Shown here: positions 10,606 through 20,738 of the stretch, piece by piece
How the letters are laid out: each line of letters starts with the position of its first letter
Numbering within the stretch: position 1 is the stretch's first letter
DNA from: an uncultured Phycisphaerales bacterium
GTDB lineage: Bacteria > Planctomycetota > Phycisphaerae > Tepidisphaerales > Tepidisphaeraceae
NCBI GenBank assembly: GCA_963758525.1
Contig: CAVWVQ010000003.1
Location: 2,944,001 to 3,008,000, forward strand
Reading direction: 5' to 3'
Length of the DNA stretch: 64,000 nt
Notes under the pieces: model-generated
Told to the model about the DNA's origin: nothing
Database searches by the model: none
The model's input: the letters and a program-made list of their open reading frames with translations, nothing else
Position numbers and translations under genes: made by a program

Positions 10606-11742
10606 TTAGCGTGAGGCGGCGCTGCTTTGCGTTTTTTCCACGGCGATGCAGGCTGCGAGCATTTCGCAATAGAGGAAGGCGTCGCACAACTCCGGATGAT
10701 CGGCGACCCAGTGCCATTGCTGGAGGGTTCGGTTCAGCAGGCGATTGAGCGCCGCGGCATCGTTGAGCGCGGCCGCAAGCCGGACCAGGATGGCGTATTC
10801 ACAGACGGCGGCGGGCGACGCGTTGACGGGCCGGCCGCTGCGGCCCAGATAGTAGCGCCGCAGGTCGCCGTCATTGAGCATCGCGAAACGCAGCACCTGG
10901 CGGGCCAGCTCGGGCGACTGGCGGGCGACGCCCAGCGCGGTCGTGCCGCAATTGGCGATACCGACTACGTCGTTTGGCGAGAAGGCGGGCATCGGCAGCT
11001 CCGGATAGAGCGTCATCAGCTCGGGCTGGATCAGGTCGTACAGCAGGCCGCAGGGAGCAACGCTCCGCTGGACCACTTGAAGACAATGATCGGCAAGTGC
11101 CGACAGCCCCGCGTCGCCGGCAGCGTCGGCGATCTCGCGGATGAGATCGGGGTCGTAATCGACGAGAAAGGAATTGCTGGCATACGCGCGGGTTTTAAAC
11201 GCGAAATAATTGCGAACCAGCCAGATCCCCTGGTCGACCGCGGCGTGCGTGCTGTAACCGGCAAGGACCATGCGCGCCCAATCGGCATCCCCGGGATTGC
11301 TGAAAGCGCGCGAGCCGATCCAGAGGCCTCTGGCTACTCGAAGCGCTTCGGTGGTGCCGCTGGCGTCGGGGGCCTCGCCTGGCTTGTATCGCCAGGGGAC
11401 GAAGCCGCGGGTGTATGGGTCATCAGGCACATCGCGAATGAGATTGTGGACGCAATGGTCGCGGAGCAAGCGATAGCCGTCGTGGTCGCCAAGCTGCGCA
11501 AGGACGATCATGAGCTGCGCGGCGTCAACCGTGTAGAGGTAGCCGTCGCCGCGGACGAGCCGGCCGGCGTGCAACCGCGAGAGCATCTCTTGATGCACCC
11601 GCCCGCGGATCGCGGCCACCGCGCCCACCATCGCGTCGGTGGAGACGAATGGAATGTTGTCCGATGACTGCGGCGAGCCCATGGCAACGCCAACCGTGGC
11701 GATCGCCATTCCGCTGAGAAGCTGTCGTCGGGAAGGAGCCAT
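10606..11742 (-). CDS. Tat-exported hypothetical protein, possibly an (alpha/alpha)6 six-hairpin glycosidase-like (GH8-like) fold
   Basis: MAPSRRQLL Tat motif; 'FVPWRY...DASGTTEALRVARGL' echoes the GH8 W..NATDGD.IA.AL segment. Confidence 0.55.
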   Translation of the reverse strand: MAPSRRQLLSGMAIATVGVAMGSPQSSDNIPFVSTDAMVGAVAAIRGRVHQEMLSRLHAGRLVRGDGYLYTVDAAQLMIVLAQLGDHDGYRLLRDHCVHNLIRDVPDDPYTRGFVPWRYKPGEAPDASGTTEALRVARGLWIGSRAFSNPGDADWARMVLAGYSTHAAVDQGIWLVRNYFAFKTRAYASNSFLVDYDPDLIREIADAAGDAGLSALADHCLQVVQRSVAPCGLLYDLIQPELMTLYPELPMPAFSPNDVVGIANCGTTALGVARQSPELARQVLRFAMLNDGDLRRYYLGRSGRPVNASPAAVCEYAILVRLAAALNDAAALNRLLNRTLQQWHWVADHPELCDAFLYCEMLAACIAVEKTQSSAASR

Positions 11743-11787
11743 TTGCCGCGTTTCCAGGCCTCGGGTTTCAGGTGCGCGACAAGTTCC

Positions 11788-12130
11788 GATGACGAAACCG
11801 TGCCGCAGAAACCCGAATGACGAAACCCGAAACCCGAATGACGAATGTTCGAATGAAACGTCGCGAGTCGGCCCGCGCAACTTGGTTAATTAATGCGTCA
11901 CTCTTCGCGCCTGTCGACGCCCGATCGCGAGCGGTCACATTCGCGGTTTGGTCATTCGGTCATTCGTCATTCGGATTTGATTCTGCTCTGCTGAAATCCT
12001 CTCGCCGTCGCTTGTTTTCCCCCTCCCCTGGTACTCCGGAGCAGGGTTGGGGTGGGGTTTTGCCGGGCGAACGACAAGGATTTCAGCAGAGCAATTTGAT
12101 TCTGGTTTCGGGTTTCGTCATTCGGGTTTC
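11788..12130. repeat. Intergenic mosaic of GAATGACGAA repeats (both orientations) and a CCCTCCCCTGGTACTCCGG REP (12015-12058)
   Basis: Visible tandem and inverted units. Confidence 0.7.
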
Positions 12131-12166
12131 CGCCCGGCGGCCCGGGCTTCCGCGCAGCGGCCCGGC

Positions 12167-13340
12167 TTATTCTCTCAATCGAGTCTGCACATTATCCAGC
12201 ACATTCATGAAATTGATGTAGCTGTCATACGGACTTTCATAGGGGCTGTCATGCTTGTGCGGGTCGCCCTCGGCCCAGTACTTGGTGCACATGTAGTAGA
12301 AATGATCGCTCGCCGTCAGGCGCCGCCAGTCGGAGAGGAGCTGCTCGTCTCCCTTTTCTTTCATCGCTCCTTCGATTTTGTACAGCTCGTGGAGGGCGTT
12401 GGATTGCATCGCGTTGCCGAGCCAGGGGCTGAGGTCCCGCTCTTCATCGGCCCAGGAGATCATGTGCGGCACGTCGATCTCTCCGACGCTCTGATAGGCA
12501 TCGCACAGTTGGGACGGCGTGAGGAAGTTGTTGTCGCCGTTCTGCAGGACGGCGGCGGGGACATGGCGGATGAATTCGAAGATTCCAGTTGACTCCGACT
12601 GGCGGACGCCGAAGGTGTCGTAGTGCATGAACAGGTTGCAGAGTACGCCGCTCCCGTTGATCTGGCTGATCCATTTCGCGAATTTCTCGGAAGTCAGCGG
12701 CCATTGTTCCCATGATCGGTCGCCAAAACGCAGCACCAGATCTTCGCTGAGCCGATGGTTTTTGAGCAAAAGCTTCAGCCGCGACGAATGGGGCGGGCTG
12801 TAGACGGCGTTGGGGCTGCGATGCCCGAGGATCTGGTCGGCGCCCTCGGCGAGCACCGCGTCGTACCCCATGTGGCTGACAAAATGAGCCAGGTCGTTGT
12901 TGTAAATCAGCTCCGTGTTGCGGAAGACGCGCGGCTCCTGGCCGAAGAGCTGCTTGATCTTGCGGCGGTGCATCTCCACCTGCGCGAAACTCCTCGCGCG
13001 AGTAGAGAAATGCCAGGGAGTGGTAATACGTCTCGTCCAGAAACTCCACGCACCCCGTTTGATTCAGTTCTTGAAAGCCGGCGAGCGCGTCGGGCGCGTG
13101 TTGCTCGAGCTGTTCGAGGGTGCTTCCGCTGATGGAGTAGGAGACGCGGAAGCGTCCGTTCTGCGCGCGGATGGCATCCAGCAGGGCGCGATTGGCCGGA
13201 AGGTAGCAGGTTTGTGCGAGCCTGCGGGAGATCTCCGCATTATTGTGGTCGTCGAAGTAATGACGGTCGGTATCGAAAACGCTGTAGCGGCGAAGCTGAA
13301 TGGGCTGATGGATTTGAAAGTAGAAACAGACCGACGCCAT
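12167..13340 (-). CDS. Glycoside hydrolase family 57 alpha-amylase-like protein; one frameshift ~12985
   Basis: FYFQIHQP, CYLPAN, ETYYHSLAF, FRNTELIY, SWADEERDLS.WLGN.MQ, DHFYYMCTK, SPY..YINFMN. Confidence 0.9.
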
Positions 13341-13778
13341 ACGACCATCCTTGCTCGAGCAGCCCCTGACCAAACCCGCGCAACCTGGTGCGCGGCAGGG
13401 TCCGGCCGGGATCGAGGCCTTCAGGCGCTGCGGCCCCGGCGTACCGGAACCAGCGGCTCTCGACGGCAACGAGGCCCGCGCGATGGCGTAAGCAACGACC
13501 GCGCTACATCATCAACTGCCGGCTGCCACGACCGCATTCTACCGAGACAAGGGGCGGGGTCTACCGTTGCGGCGCGGTTTTCCGCCGCTCCGTTTTGCGG
13601 GCGACGAGCGCGACGGCGGAGGTTCAGCCCGGGTTATTGATCCATTGCAAGGCCGGCAGTCTGCAGCGCGCTGATCGGGATTGTGAGAGGTTCAGCCATT
13701 GCGAACGCAAATCGCGTTGCGCTCTACCGGCAGGAAAAGCTGAGGCGGCAAGGCTGGACGCGGACAGCGGGAGGTCGC

Positions 13779-14249
13779 TCAATCGGGCACAATGGGGGTC
13801 TCACCATTTGCCGCGGGGATGGCAGCGTCAGAAATACGCTCCCCGCCTGGAAACGTGCCGGTAAGCTGAAGCTCCAGCACGCCTAACAGTTGATCCGGGT
13901 CGATTGGTTTGATCAATAATGGGGGCAGTTCCTGGGTCGGCAAAACGTGCATTTTGTGTTGGATCTGGTGGAGCGGCATGCCCGACAGCAGTACGACCGG
14001 TAGTGCTCGACGATGCTCCTGCAGGTATTTGAGCACCTCAAACCCGTCCACTCCCGGCATGTGCAAATCCAGCAGCACCGCCGACACCTCCCGCTCTTTT
14101 ACATGTTCGATCGCGGATACACCGTCACCCACCTCGTCCACCCAGTAGCCCGCGCCCCGCAGGTAGTGTCCCAGCGCCAATCGCTCGACGGGCGAATCGT
14201 CCACCAGCAATACGCGCGGTGCCGCTTTTTCGGTGTCGGCTGAAACCAT
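13779..14249 (-). CDS. Single-domain response regulator (REC)
   Basis: VLLVDDS, LLDLHMPGVDG, VLLSG, LIKP. Confidence 0.9.
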   Translation of the reverse strand: MVSADTEKAAPRVLLVDDSPVERLALGHYLRGAGYWVDEVGDGVSAIEHVKEREVSAVLLDLHMPGVDGFEVLKYLQEHRRALPVVLLSGMPLHQIQHKMHVLPTQELPPLLIKPIDPDQLLGVLELQLTGTFPGGERISDAAIPAANGETPIVPD

Positions 14250-14400
14250 CTTCTTACCCAATCTAACGGCGGCAATTATCATGCCGCCGGGCAAATGTAG
14301 CAAATGCTTTCAATCTCTTTCGGACGGATTTCGGCCATTCAGAGGAGTGCCGCACGCGGGCGGCGCCGGCTCGATTGCACGATGAAGTTATTGGAAAACG

Positions 14401-14428
14401 TTGACAGGCGCGCCGCACTGCGTAGAAT
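14401..14428 (+). promoter_or_regulatory. Sigma70 promoter TTGACA-N16-TAGAAT
   Basis: Perfect -35 and near-perfect -10, about 23 bp before the riboswitch. Confidence 0.7.
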
Positions 14429-14451
14429 CCGCGTTCTAAAACCGAATAATG

Positions 14452-14594
14452 CTCTTATCGAGAGTGGTTGAGGGTTTGGGCCCTTTGACGCCACAGCAAC
14501 CGGTGAATGTCGGAAATATCTTCCGGCCTGAATTAGGTGCTAACTCCCCCCAAGCTGTTGTAACGACGTTTTGTCGGGCTTGGAAAGATAAGAA
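14452..14594 (+). promoter_or_regulatory. SAM-I (S-box) riboswitch aptamer
   Basis: CTCTTATCGAGAGTGG..GAGGG..TGGGCCC..TGACGCCACAGCAACC...GGTGCTAACTCC...GAAAGATAAG; P1 CTTATC/GATAAG. Confidence 0.93.
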
Positions 14595-14620
14595 GGCGCT
14601 TCCCGCTTCCATCGCGATTC

Positions 14621-14654
14621 AAGCCTCTTCTTATCGAAGAGGCTTTTTGTTTTT
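14621..14654 (+). terminator. Riboswitch expression-platform intrinsic terminator
   Basis: AAGCCTCTTC-TTATC-GAAGAGGCTT followed by a T-run; its TTCTTATC can pair with the P1 3' strand GATAAGAA to form an antiterminator. Confidence 0.85.
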
Positions 14655-14669
14655 GATGAAGGAACCGCG

Positions 14670-15944
14670 ATGAGTTACGTGCTGGGACTCAAGTGCAAGG
14701 AGTGCGGGCATCGAGTGCCTGCATCGCCCGTTCACGTCTGCGAGGCATGCTTCGGCCCTTACGAGGTCGACTATGACTATGCGAAGATGAAGGGGAAGGT
14801 CACCCGCGAATCGATTTCCGCCGGGCCGCGCAATCTCTGGCGCTACAAGGATCTGCTCCCGGTTGAAGGACATCCCAGAACAGGGCATCACTCCGGCTTC
14901 ACCCCCCTCAAACGGGCGGACCGCCTGGCGGCGGAACTCGGCTGCGATGAGCTCTGGATCAAGGACGATTCCTGCAATTATCCAACCTACTCCTACAAGG
15001 AGCGCGTCGTCTCGGTGGCGATCAGCAAGGCCATCGAATTTGGATTCGACACGGTGGGTTGCGCCAGTACCGGCAATCTTGCCAACAGCACCGCTGCCCA
15101 TGCCGCCCAGGCGGGCCTTCGCTGCTTTGTGATGATTCCCCACGATCTCGAGCAGGGAAAGGTGCTGGGATCGCTGATCTTCGCGCCGACGATGGTCCGC
15201 ATCCGAGGCAACTACGACGACGTCAATCGCCTGTGCACGGAGATCGCCGACAAATACGGTTGGGCCATCGTCAACGTCAATCTCCGCCCCTATTACACGG
15301 AAGGCGCCAAAACCTTCGGCTTTGAAATTGCCGAGCAGCTTGGCTGGCGATTGCCGAAGCACACGGTCGTTCCCACGGCGGGAGGAACGATTCTTCCCAA
15401 GGTCTACAAAGCCTATCAGGAGTTCATCGACCTGGGGCTGGTCGAGAATAACTCGCCCAGGATCTATTCGGCGCAAGCCGCCGGATGCAATCCGGTGGTG
15501 ACCGCAATTCACAAGGGCGTGGACATCATCGAGCCGCAGAAGCCCAACACGATCGCCAAGTCAATCGCCATCGGCAACCCCGCCGACGGCTATTACGTTT
15601 ATCAGGCCGTCAAGGAATCCGGCGGATGGGGCGAGAGCGCCACCGACAGGGAAATCGTCGATGCGATCAAATTACTGGCGCGAACGGAAGGCATCTGGAC
15701 GGAACCCGCCGGCGGGACCACGCTGGCGGCAACGATCAAGCTGATCGAGCAGGGCCGCATTCCGCGCGACGAGTCCATCGTCGTGAGCATCACCGGCAAC
15801 GGCCTCAAGACGCTGGAAGTCGTGCAGAACGACCTGCAGCCGCCGAGGGTGATCGATCCGAAGCTGTCGGAGTTTGATCAGTTGATTGAAGAGAGCAGGT
15901 CTGCAAAAGCGCCTGAAGCATTGCAGCCGGCGGGGGCGATGTAG
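14670..15944 (+). CDS. thrC: Threonine synthase family PLP enzyme (fold type II) with N-terminal Zn-ribbon
   Basis: CKECG..CEAC, PTYSYKER (PLP Lys), CASTGNLANS, EGAKT.GFEI, SIAIGNP, TGNGLKT. Confidence 0.85.
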   Translation: MSYVLGLKCKECGHRVPASPVHVCEACFGPYEVDYDYAKMKGKVTRESISAGPRNLWRYKDLLPVEGHPRTGHHSGFTPLKRADRLAAELGCDELWIKDDSCNYPTYSYKERVVSVAISKAIEFGFDTVGCASTGNLANSTAAHAAQAGLRCFVMIPHDLEQGKVLGSLIFAPTMVRIRGNYDDVNRLCTEIADKYGWAIVNVNLRPYYTEGAKTFGFEIAEQLGWRLPKHTVVPTAGGTILPKVYKAYQEFIDLGLVENNSPRIYSAQAAGCNPVVTAIHKGVDIIEPQKPNTIAKSIAIGNPADGYYVYQAVKESGGWGESATDREIVDAIKLLARTEGIWTEPAGGTTLAATIKLIEQGRIPRDESIVVSITGNGLKTLEVVQNDLQPPRVIDPKLSEFDQLIEESRSAKAPEALQPAGAM

Positions 15945-15978
15945 CCCCGCATCAACGGTGCTGACGGTCGGAGGAAGC

Positions 15979-16605
15979 ATGTTGGTCAAACCAAACTTCA
16001 AGGAGCATCGTCTCACACCGCCCAGCGACGTACACATCCTCTTTCGGAGCACAATGCTGCCGACTGGCGTCACCGGGTTGCCCGGCGCGGCGGCGCGTTC
16101 CACGTCCGCGCGCTACGAATCCAGCGTTACCGTTTCCGGTGGGGTCAGCGGCAATTTCAGGGGGACCATTTATCCCGATGATATGAACGTGAAGGGGCGA
16201 ATTCAGAATGGAATCTACAATCTCTATCTCGGCTTTCATGGCCCAGGCACGCCCGTCCAAGATGATCTTGAAGTGCGAATCAACGGATTTCGGGCGGTGC
16301 TGATCGTGAATGCCGGGCGGCCGATTCCCGTGAGCAGCTTCTCACCGGCAAAGACGACCTCGGACGGCATCCACATCCACAATGGCTACCACCACTGGAC
16401 AAGCAAGAAGCCGATGTCGGAGGGATGTCTTCTCGTTGCGCCGGGCGATTGGCCTGCGTTTATTTCCAAGTTTATCAATGCTTTCCCCAGGATATCTGAC
16501 TGGACTTGCGGCGGCGGCCGTCTCGGTCGCAGAATCGGATCGCTCGCAGTGCTTTCGTTCGCGTACAACGACCTTGTTCCGCGCAAGGACGGCATGCTGG
16601 CGTGA
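15979..16605 (+). CDS. Hypothetical protein with an L,D-transpeptidase-like H..SxGC motif (Tlde1/DUF5675-like)
   Basis: GGAGG RBS; GIHIHNG-x9-MSEGCLLV..DW..F. Confidence 0.55.
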   Translation: MLVKPNFKEHRLTPPSDVHILFRSTMLPTGVTGLPGAAARSTSARYESSVTVSGGVSGNFRGTIYPDDMNVKGRIQNGIYNLYLGFHGPGTPVQDDLEVRINGFRAVLIVNAGRPIPVSSFSPAKTTSDGIHIHNGYHHWTSKKPMSEGCLLVAPGDWPAFISKFINAFPRISDWTCGGGRLGRRIGSLAVLSFAYNDLVPRKDGMLA

Positions 16606-16620
16606 GCATCAGCGCCGCAA

Positions 16621-17136
16621 TTATTTGACCTTGATGCTGAACCCCGCGTCGTTGAACGCCTTCACCAATTTGCCGGCATCAAAATCGCCGGTGACGGTCA
16701 CGGTCTCTTCCTTCGGCTGAATCTCACCCGCGGCGCCGGGAACGGACTTGATCACCTTATTGATGGCTTTCGTGCATTTCCCGCAGCAGTTGTGGATGCT
16801 GGTGATCGTCAAACTTTTGACCTTGCCTTCGGGAGCGCCGCTGTCGTCTTTGATCGTGGCGCCGGTCGCCTTGCCGTAAAATCCGGCATCCACCAGAGCG
16901 TCAACGGCCTTCTGGGCGGTGGCATCGTCGTCGGCGGTGATCGTTATTGTCTTGGCTTTCATATCCGCCTTGGCGGTCGCGCCCGGAACGGCGGCGACAG
17001 CGGCTTGCGCGTCTTTCACGCACGAGCCGCAGCACAGATGCGTTTTCTCGAGTGTCACCGTCGACGAGGCAGCCGCCATCGACGTGGCGACAAACGGAAT
17101 TAAAAGTCCGACCAGCAGAGCGGCAGCACGGTTCAT
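16621..17136 (-). CDS. Secreted protein with two heavy-metal-associated (HMA) domains
   Basis: Signal peptide; HLCCGSC and HNCCGKC; repeated ..AL.DAGF ends. Confidence 0.85.
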   Translation of the reverse strand: MNRAAALLVGLLIPFVATSMAAASSTVTLEKTHLCCGSCVKDAQAAVAAVPGATAKADMKAKTITITADDDATAQKAVDALVDAGFYGKATGATIKDDSGAPEGKVKSLTITSIHNCCGKCTKAINKVIKSVPGAAGEIQPKEETVTVTGDFDAGKLVKAFNDAGFSIKVK

Positions 17137-17175
17137 TGCTTTCCTTTTGTTTGAAGAGTCCGGTTCACTTCCTGT

Positions 17176-18524
17176 CTACTCTACCTTCGGTAGCGTGATT
17201 CGTTGGCCCATCGATCTGCCGTACGCATCCAGAAGCTGATTCAGTTGCACTTTATATTTCTGTTCGAGGCTTTCCTTCCAACCCAGACCGTCCTTCATTC
17301 CGTTGATGAAGTCGACATAATTCTTCTTGCCGTTCTTGATCATGAAGACGGTGAGCGTCTCGGCGACCGGATACTGCCATGCTTCGATGTGGTCGATCGT
17401 GAAGAAATCACCCAGGTCGCCCTTATGCGACTGCAATCCCACCCGCCCAGGCCCGGGATGAATGAAGCCCGGCGCGGATCGGGCACCAGGTCGGAGGCAA
17501 TCGTCTCGGCAAGACCCTCGTTGACCCATGATGTGATATGCACAGGCGAACGGTAGCGGTGAATGAACCCGTGAACAGATTCATGCACCAGCACATGTGC
17601 GAAATTCAACTCGTTGTCCTGACGATAGAACGCGATGTGCACGATTCCGTCGCCGTAGGCGTTGGTCATCCCCACGGACTTTCCGGCGTCGGTGTCTTCG
17701 ATCTGCTGCTCGTAGCTGCGGTAGTCGTTGGCCTGCGTGAAGACGAAAATCAGGCACTTCCCGCGCCAGATGTTCTCCCCGCGCGGCACCGCAAACAGCT
17801 CGGCCAGCCGATCGTACATCCGATCCAGCAACCCTCCCCACTTGGCGGCCTCCGCGGGTGGAAGATCGGAGTAGAAGAGAAAATACTGCGTCTCCTGTGC
17901 CCGCAACGGCCGCTTGAGCGTGTCGGCGGCCTGCCGGGCATACGCCTGCAGCTGCGCGATTTGCTCCTTGCGCTGGGCGTCGGTGGACTGCAGCCACTTG
18001 TCATTTTCAATGCTGCCGACGGTTCGCGGTCCCCCCGCGGACGATGCGATGCTTGCATCATTCGCGGCGCCAGCGCTGCTGTCCGCAGGCGTGCTTGCCC
18101 GCGCGGCCGCATCTGCGCGCGCCTGTGCGACCTCCTTCTTGAGCATCGGATCGATCCGCAGCGCGCGATCAAATGCCTTATTCGCCCACGAGGTCCCATC
18201 TGCAATCGCCAGCAGGTCGCGCCCCAGATCCACCCACGCGGCGCCGTTCCCCGGCTTGATCATCGCCGCACGGCAAAGAAAGACGTTGTGAGCATCAAGA
18301 TCGCTCCACTCGACTTGGAGAGATTTGTCCTTCCCCTGGAGCAGTTCGAACCCGTCGGCATCGTACGCGGTGATGCGCCCGATCAGCGCCGTCTTGTCTG
18401 ACTTATGGAAAGAGACCTGTACCGGATGATCCAGTTCCACCCTCGCGGCCGGAGCGGCCCATGCCGCGGTCGCGCACAGCGCGAAAGCCCAGCCGAGGAA
18501 GCGACATGGTTTGAGTGCGATCAA
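17176..18524 (-). CDS. Secreted zincin-like protein (peptidase MA/DUF1570-like); frameshift ~17450
   Basis: Signal peptide; VLVHESVHGF...WVNEGLAE gluzincin motif; C-terminus in ORF 17176. Confidence 0.7.
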
Positions 18525-18670
18525 TTGTCTAATCCGCGTTTGCAGCCGCAGAGCCTACCTTCGGCCGATTTTGGCGGCAAGCAGTGGCGCCCGGGACCAA
18601 GGCTCGCTCTTGCACTTCCGATGCTCCGCGAGATTCATTTTGGCGATTTGCCGTGTAAACTCCCGGTTGA

Positions 18671-19270
18671 ATGTCCTACAAAACCATTTTGTTGTTCGGG
18701 CCGCCGGGCAGCGGCAAGGGAACTCAGGGAAAAATCCTGGGCCAGTTGCCGGGGTATTTTCATTTTGCCTGCGGGGACGCGTTCCGATCGCTCGATCCGA
18801 ACAGCCAGATCGGGCAAGTCTTTGCCCGCTATTCCAAATCCGGCTCGCTGGTTCCCGGCGAGTTGACCGTCGAACTCTGGCGTCAATCGATCGAGGCCGC
18901 GGTCACGGCGGGGAGATACAACCCGCAGAAGCAAATCCTGCTCCTGGACGGAATCCCGCGCACTCTCGAACAAGCCACCATCATGGCGTCAAAGCTCGAC
19001 GTGCAATCGGTGATTTACCTGTTCTGCAACGACCTTGAGCAGATCGTGGAACGGCTGAAAAAGCGCGCGTCGGTCGAGAATCGCGCGGATGACACCGACA
19101 TCGAGATCATCCGCTATCGGATCGATGTCTACGAGGAGCAGACCAGCCCGCTGCTGAATTTCTACGCGAATAATCACGTATATCGCGTGAATGCGACGCA
19201 GGCGCCCGAGCGCGTCACGCAGGACGTTCTGCGAGCAATCGAAAGCCAGCAGCGCTGGTCAGAGTGGTGA
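18671..19270 (+). CDS. adk: Adenylate/nucleoside monophosphate kinase (short-LID type)
   Basis: GPPGSGKGTQ, GDAFR, LLDGIPRT..QA, RADD. Confidence 0.85.
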   Translation: MSYKTILLFGPPGSGKGTQGKILGQLPGYFHFACGDAFRSLDPNSQIGQVFARYSKSGSLVPGELTVELWRQSIEAAVTAGRYNPQKQILLLDGIPRTLEQATIMASKLDVQSVIYLFCNDLEQIVERLKKRASVENRADDTDIEIIRYRIDVYEEQTSPLLNFYANNHVYRVNATQAPERVTQDVLRAIESQQRWSEW

Positions 19271-19271
19271 G

Positions 19272-20738
19272 CTACTGGCGCGCCAGCATCGGGCTGGCCG
19301 CGGCGGGGCGGGGCGGGTTCAGCAGGTTCTGGGCCGCGCTCACTGCGGTGTAGTGGTCGAAGCCTTCGCGGGGAAATGAGCCGGTGGCTCCGATGAGCGA
19401 GACCGCGGCGCTGAAGAACAGCAGCGCCCCGGCCAGTGCCCATGACAGATGCCGATGCGGGCGCCGCAGCCAGGCGCCGGACCAAAACAGCAGCAGCGGG
19501 AGAAAGAGGATAAACCATCGCGTTGCGAACATCGCCTCACCCCAGTCGGCACACGACAGGCAATAGAGAACAACGATTGCGAGGCTGCCGCCGACGGTGA
19601 CGCTGGCCAGCATTTTCGTGGACGGCGGCCAGTGGCGGTGCATCACCATCAGGACGCCGAGCAATCCCATCAGCACCACGGGGAAATGGCTGAAGACACC
19701 GTGGGCGCCGATCAACGCATCGCAGGCGCGTCCGAGGAAATGGACGATGCCCCGCCAAGCCCCGCTGGACTGATCGTCGAAGTCGTCGTCGCTGAATTCC
19801 GAACGCGCCATCACTGGACGGGCGGATGGATCAAACTGCGGTCGGAGGTAGGCCGGGATGCAATCACCGGTAATCCGCTCATTAAGGGCGCAATGGAACA
19901 GAACCGGCCCCGTCGCTCCCAGGACATAGAGAAAGATGGCCGCGGCGCGGGCGGCGAGCTTCCAGCGGAAAGCGCCAACCACCAGCGCCAACGTCACCAT
20001 GAAAATCGTTGCCGGCGGGTCGATGATGGCGGCAAGTCCTGCTGCGACCCCAGCTAGAAACAACCAGATCGCCGAACTCCTCAGCTCGTTGAATAATCCG
20101 ACTTGCACCAGGCAGGCGCCGGCGGTGAGCAGCATCGTTGCAGCCGACGCATGCGCGTTGAGCACGGTGGAATAGCTGACCAGACCGCTCCCCAGCACAA
20201 CCGCCAGCCCCAGCGCAGCGCGCCAGGGGCGGGGAAGCTCGAAGAGCCTTCCCATTTTGTAGATCAGCCCCGCGGAGAGCGCCACCGGGATGGTGACGCC
20301 CAGCAGGGTGAGAAGAAACATGACCCACAGGGGATTGTGTTCGAACGTGACGCCCAGGCGATGCATGAGCCAGTAAGGTCCGCTCAGCAGCGCGGCGAGC
20401 GCGGGGGGCTGATCGCTGTAGAGATGTCCGTTGACCTGGATTTTCTGCCGGGTGGTGTCGGAGAAAAGGGTCCTGTCGATGGCGAGCGTATGATTCTCCA
20501 CGATCGCCTGGATGGTGGCCATGCGCGACTGCTCGTCGTCGGACATGCTGTCCACGTCCGGATGCAGCAACGGGCGCACGAGAGGCACGGTGAGCAACAG
20601 CACCAGAATCGGTGCGCTCAACGCCCAGGGGCGCACCATTCGCTTCTGGTGCGTCTTCAAAAACTTTGAGACTGGCTGCATGGGGTTGACGCCGCGTGCT
20701 GATTGAGATCGGCACGGGCGGCAAAGCTCGTCTTTCAA
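19272..20738 (-). CDS. Polytopic membrane protein, GT-C-like (putative lipid-linked sugar transferase)
   Basis: Multiple TM helices; SR.ATI.A.VE..T.AID...GH.YSD.PP loop. Confidence 0.6.
   Translation of the reverse strand: MKDELCRPCRSQSARGVNPMQPVSKFLKTHQKRMVRPWALSAPILVLLLTVPLVRPLLHPDVDSMSDDEQSRMATIQAIVENHTLAIDRTLFSDTTRQKIQVNGHLYSDQPPALAALLSGPYWLMHRLGVTFEHNPLWVMFLLTLLGVTIPVALSAGLIYKMGRLFELPRPWRAALGLAVVLGSGLVSYSTVLNAHASAATMLLTAGACLVQVGLFNELRSSAIWLFLAGVAAGLAAIIDPPATIFMVTLALVVGAFRWKLAARAAAIFLYVLGATGPVLFHCALNERITGDCIPAYLRPQFDPSARPVMARSEFSDDDFDDQSSGAWRGIVHFLGRACDALIGAHGVFSHFPVVLMGLLGVLMVMHRHWPPSTKMLASVTVGGSLAIVVLYCLSCADWGEAMFATRWFILFLPLLLFWSGAWLRRPHRHLSWALAGALLFFSAAVSLIGATGSFPREGFDHYTAVSAAQNLLNPPRPAAASPMLARQ

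Noticed and set aside
11788..12130. GAATGACGAA repeats as CRISPR repeats or iterons
   Set aside because: The units are irregular, occur in both orientations, and have no constant spacer length or rep gene.
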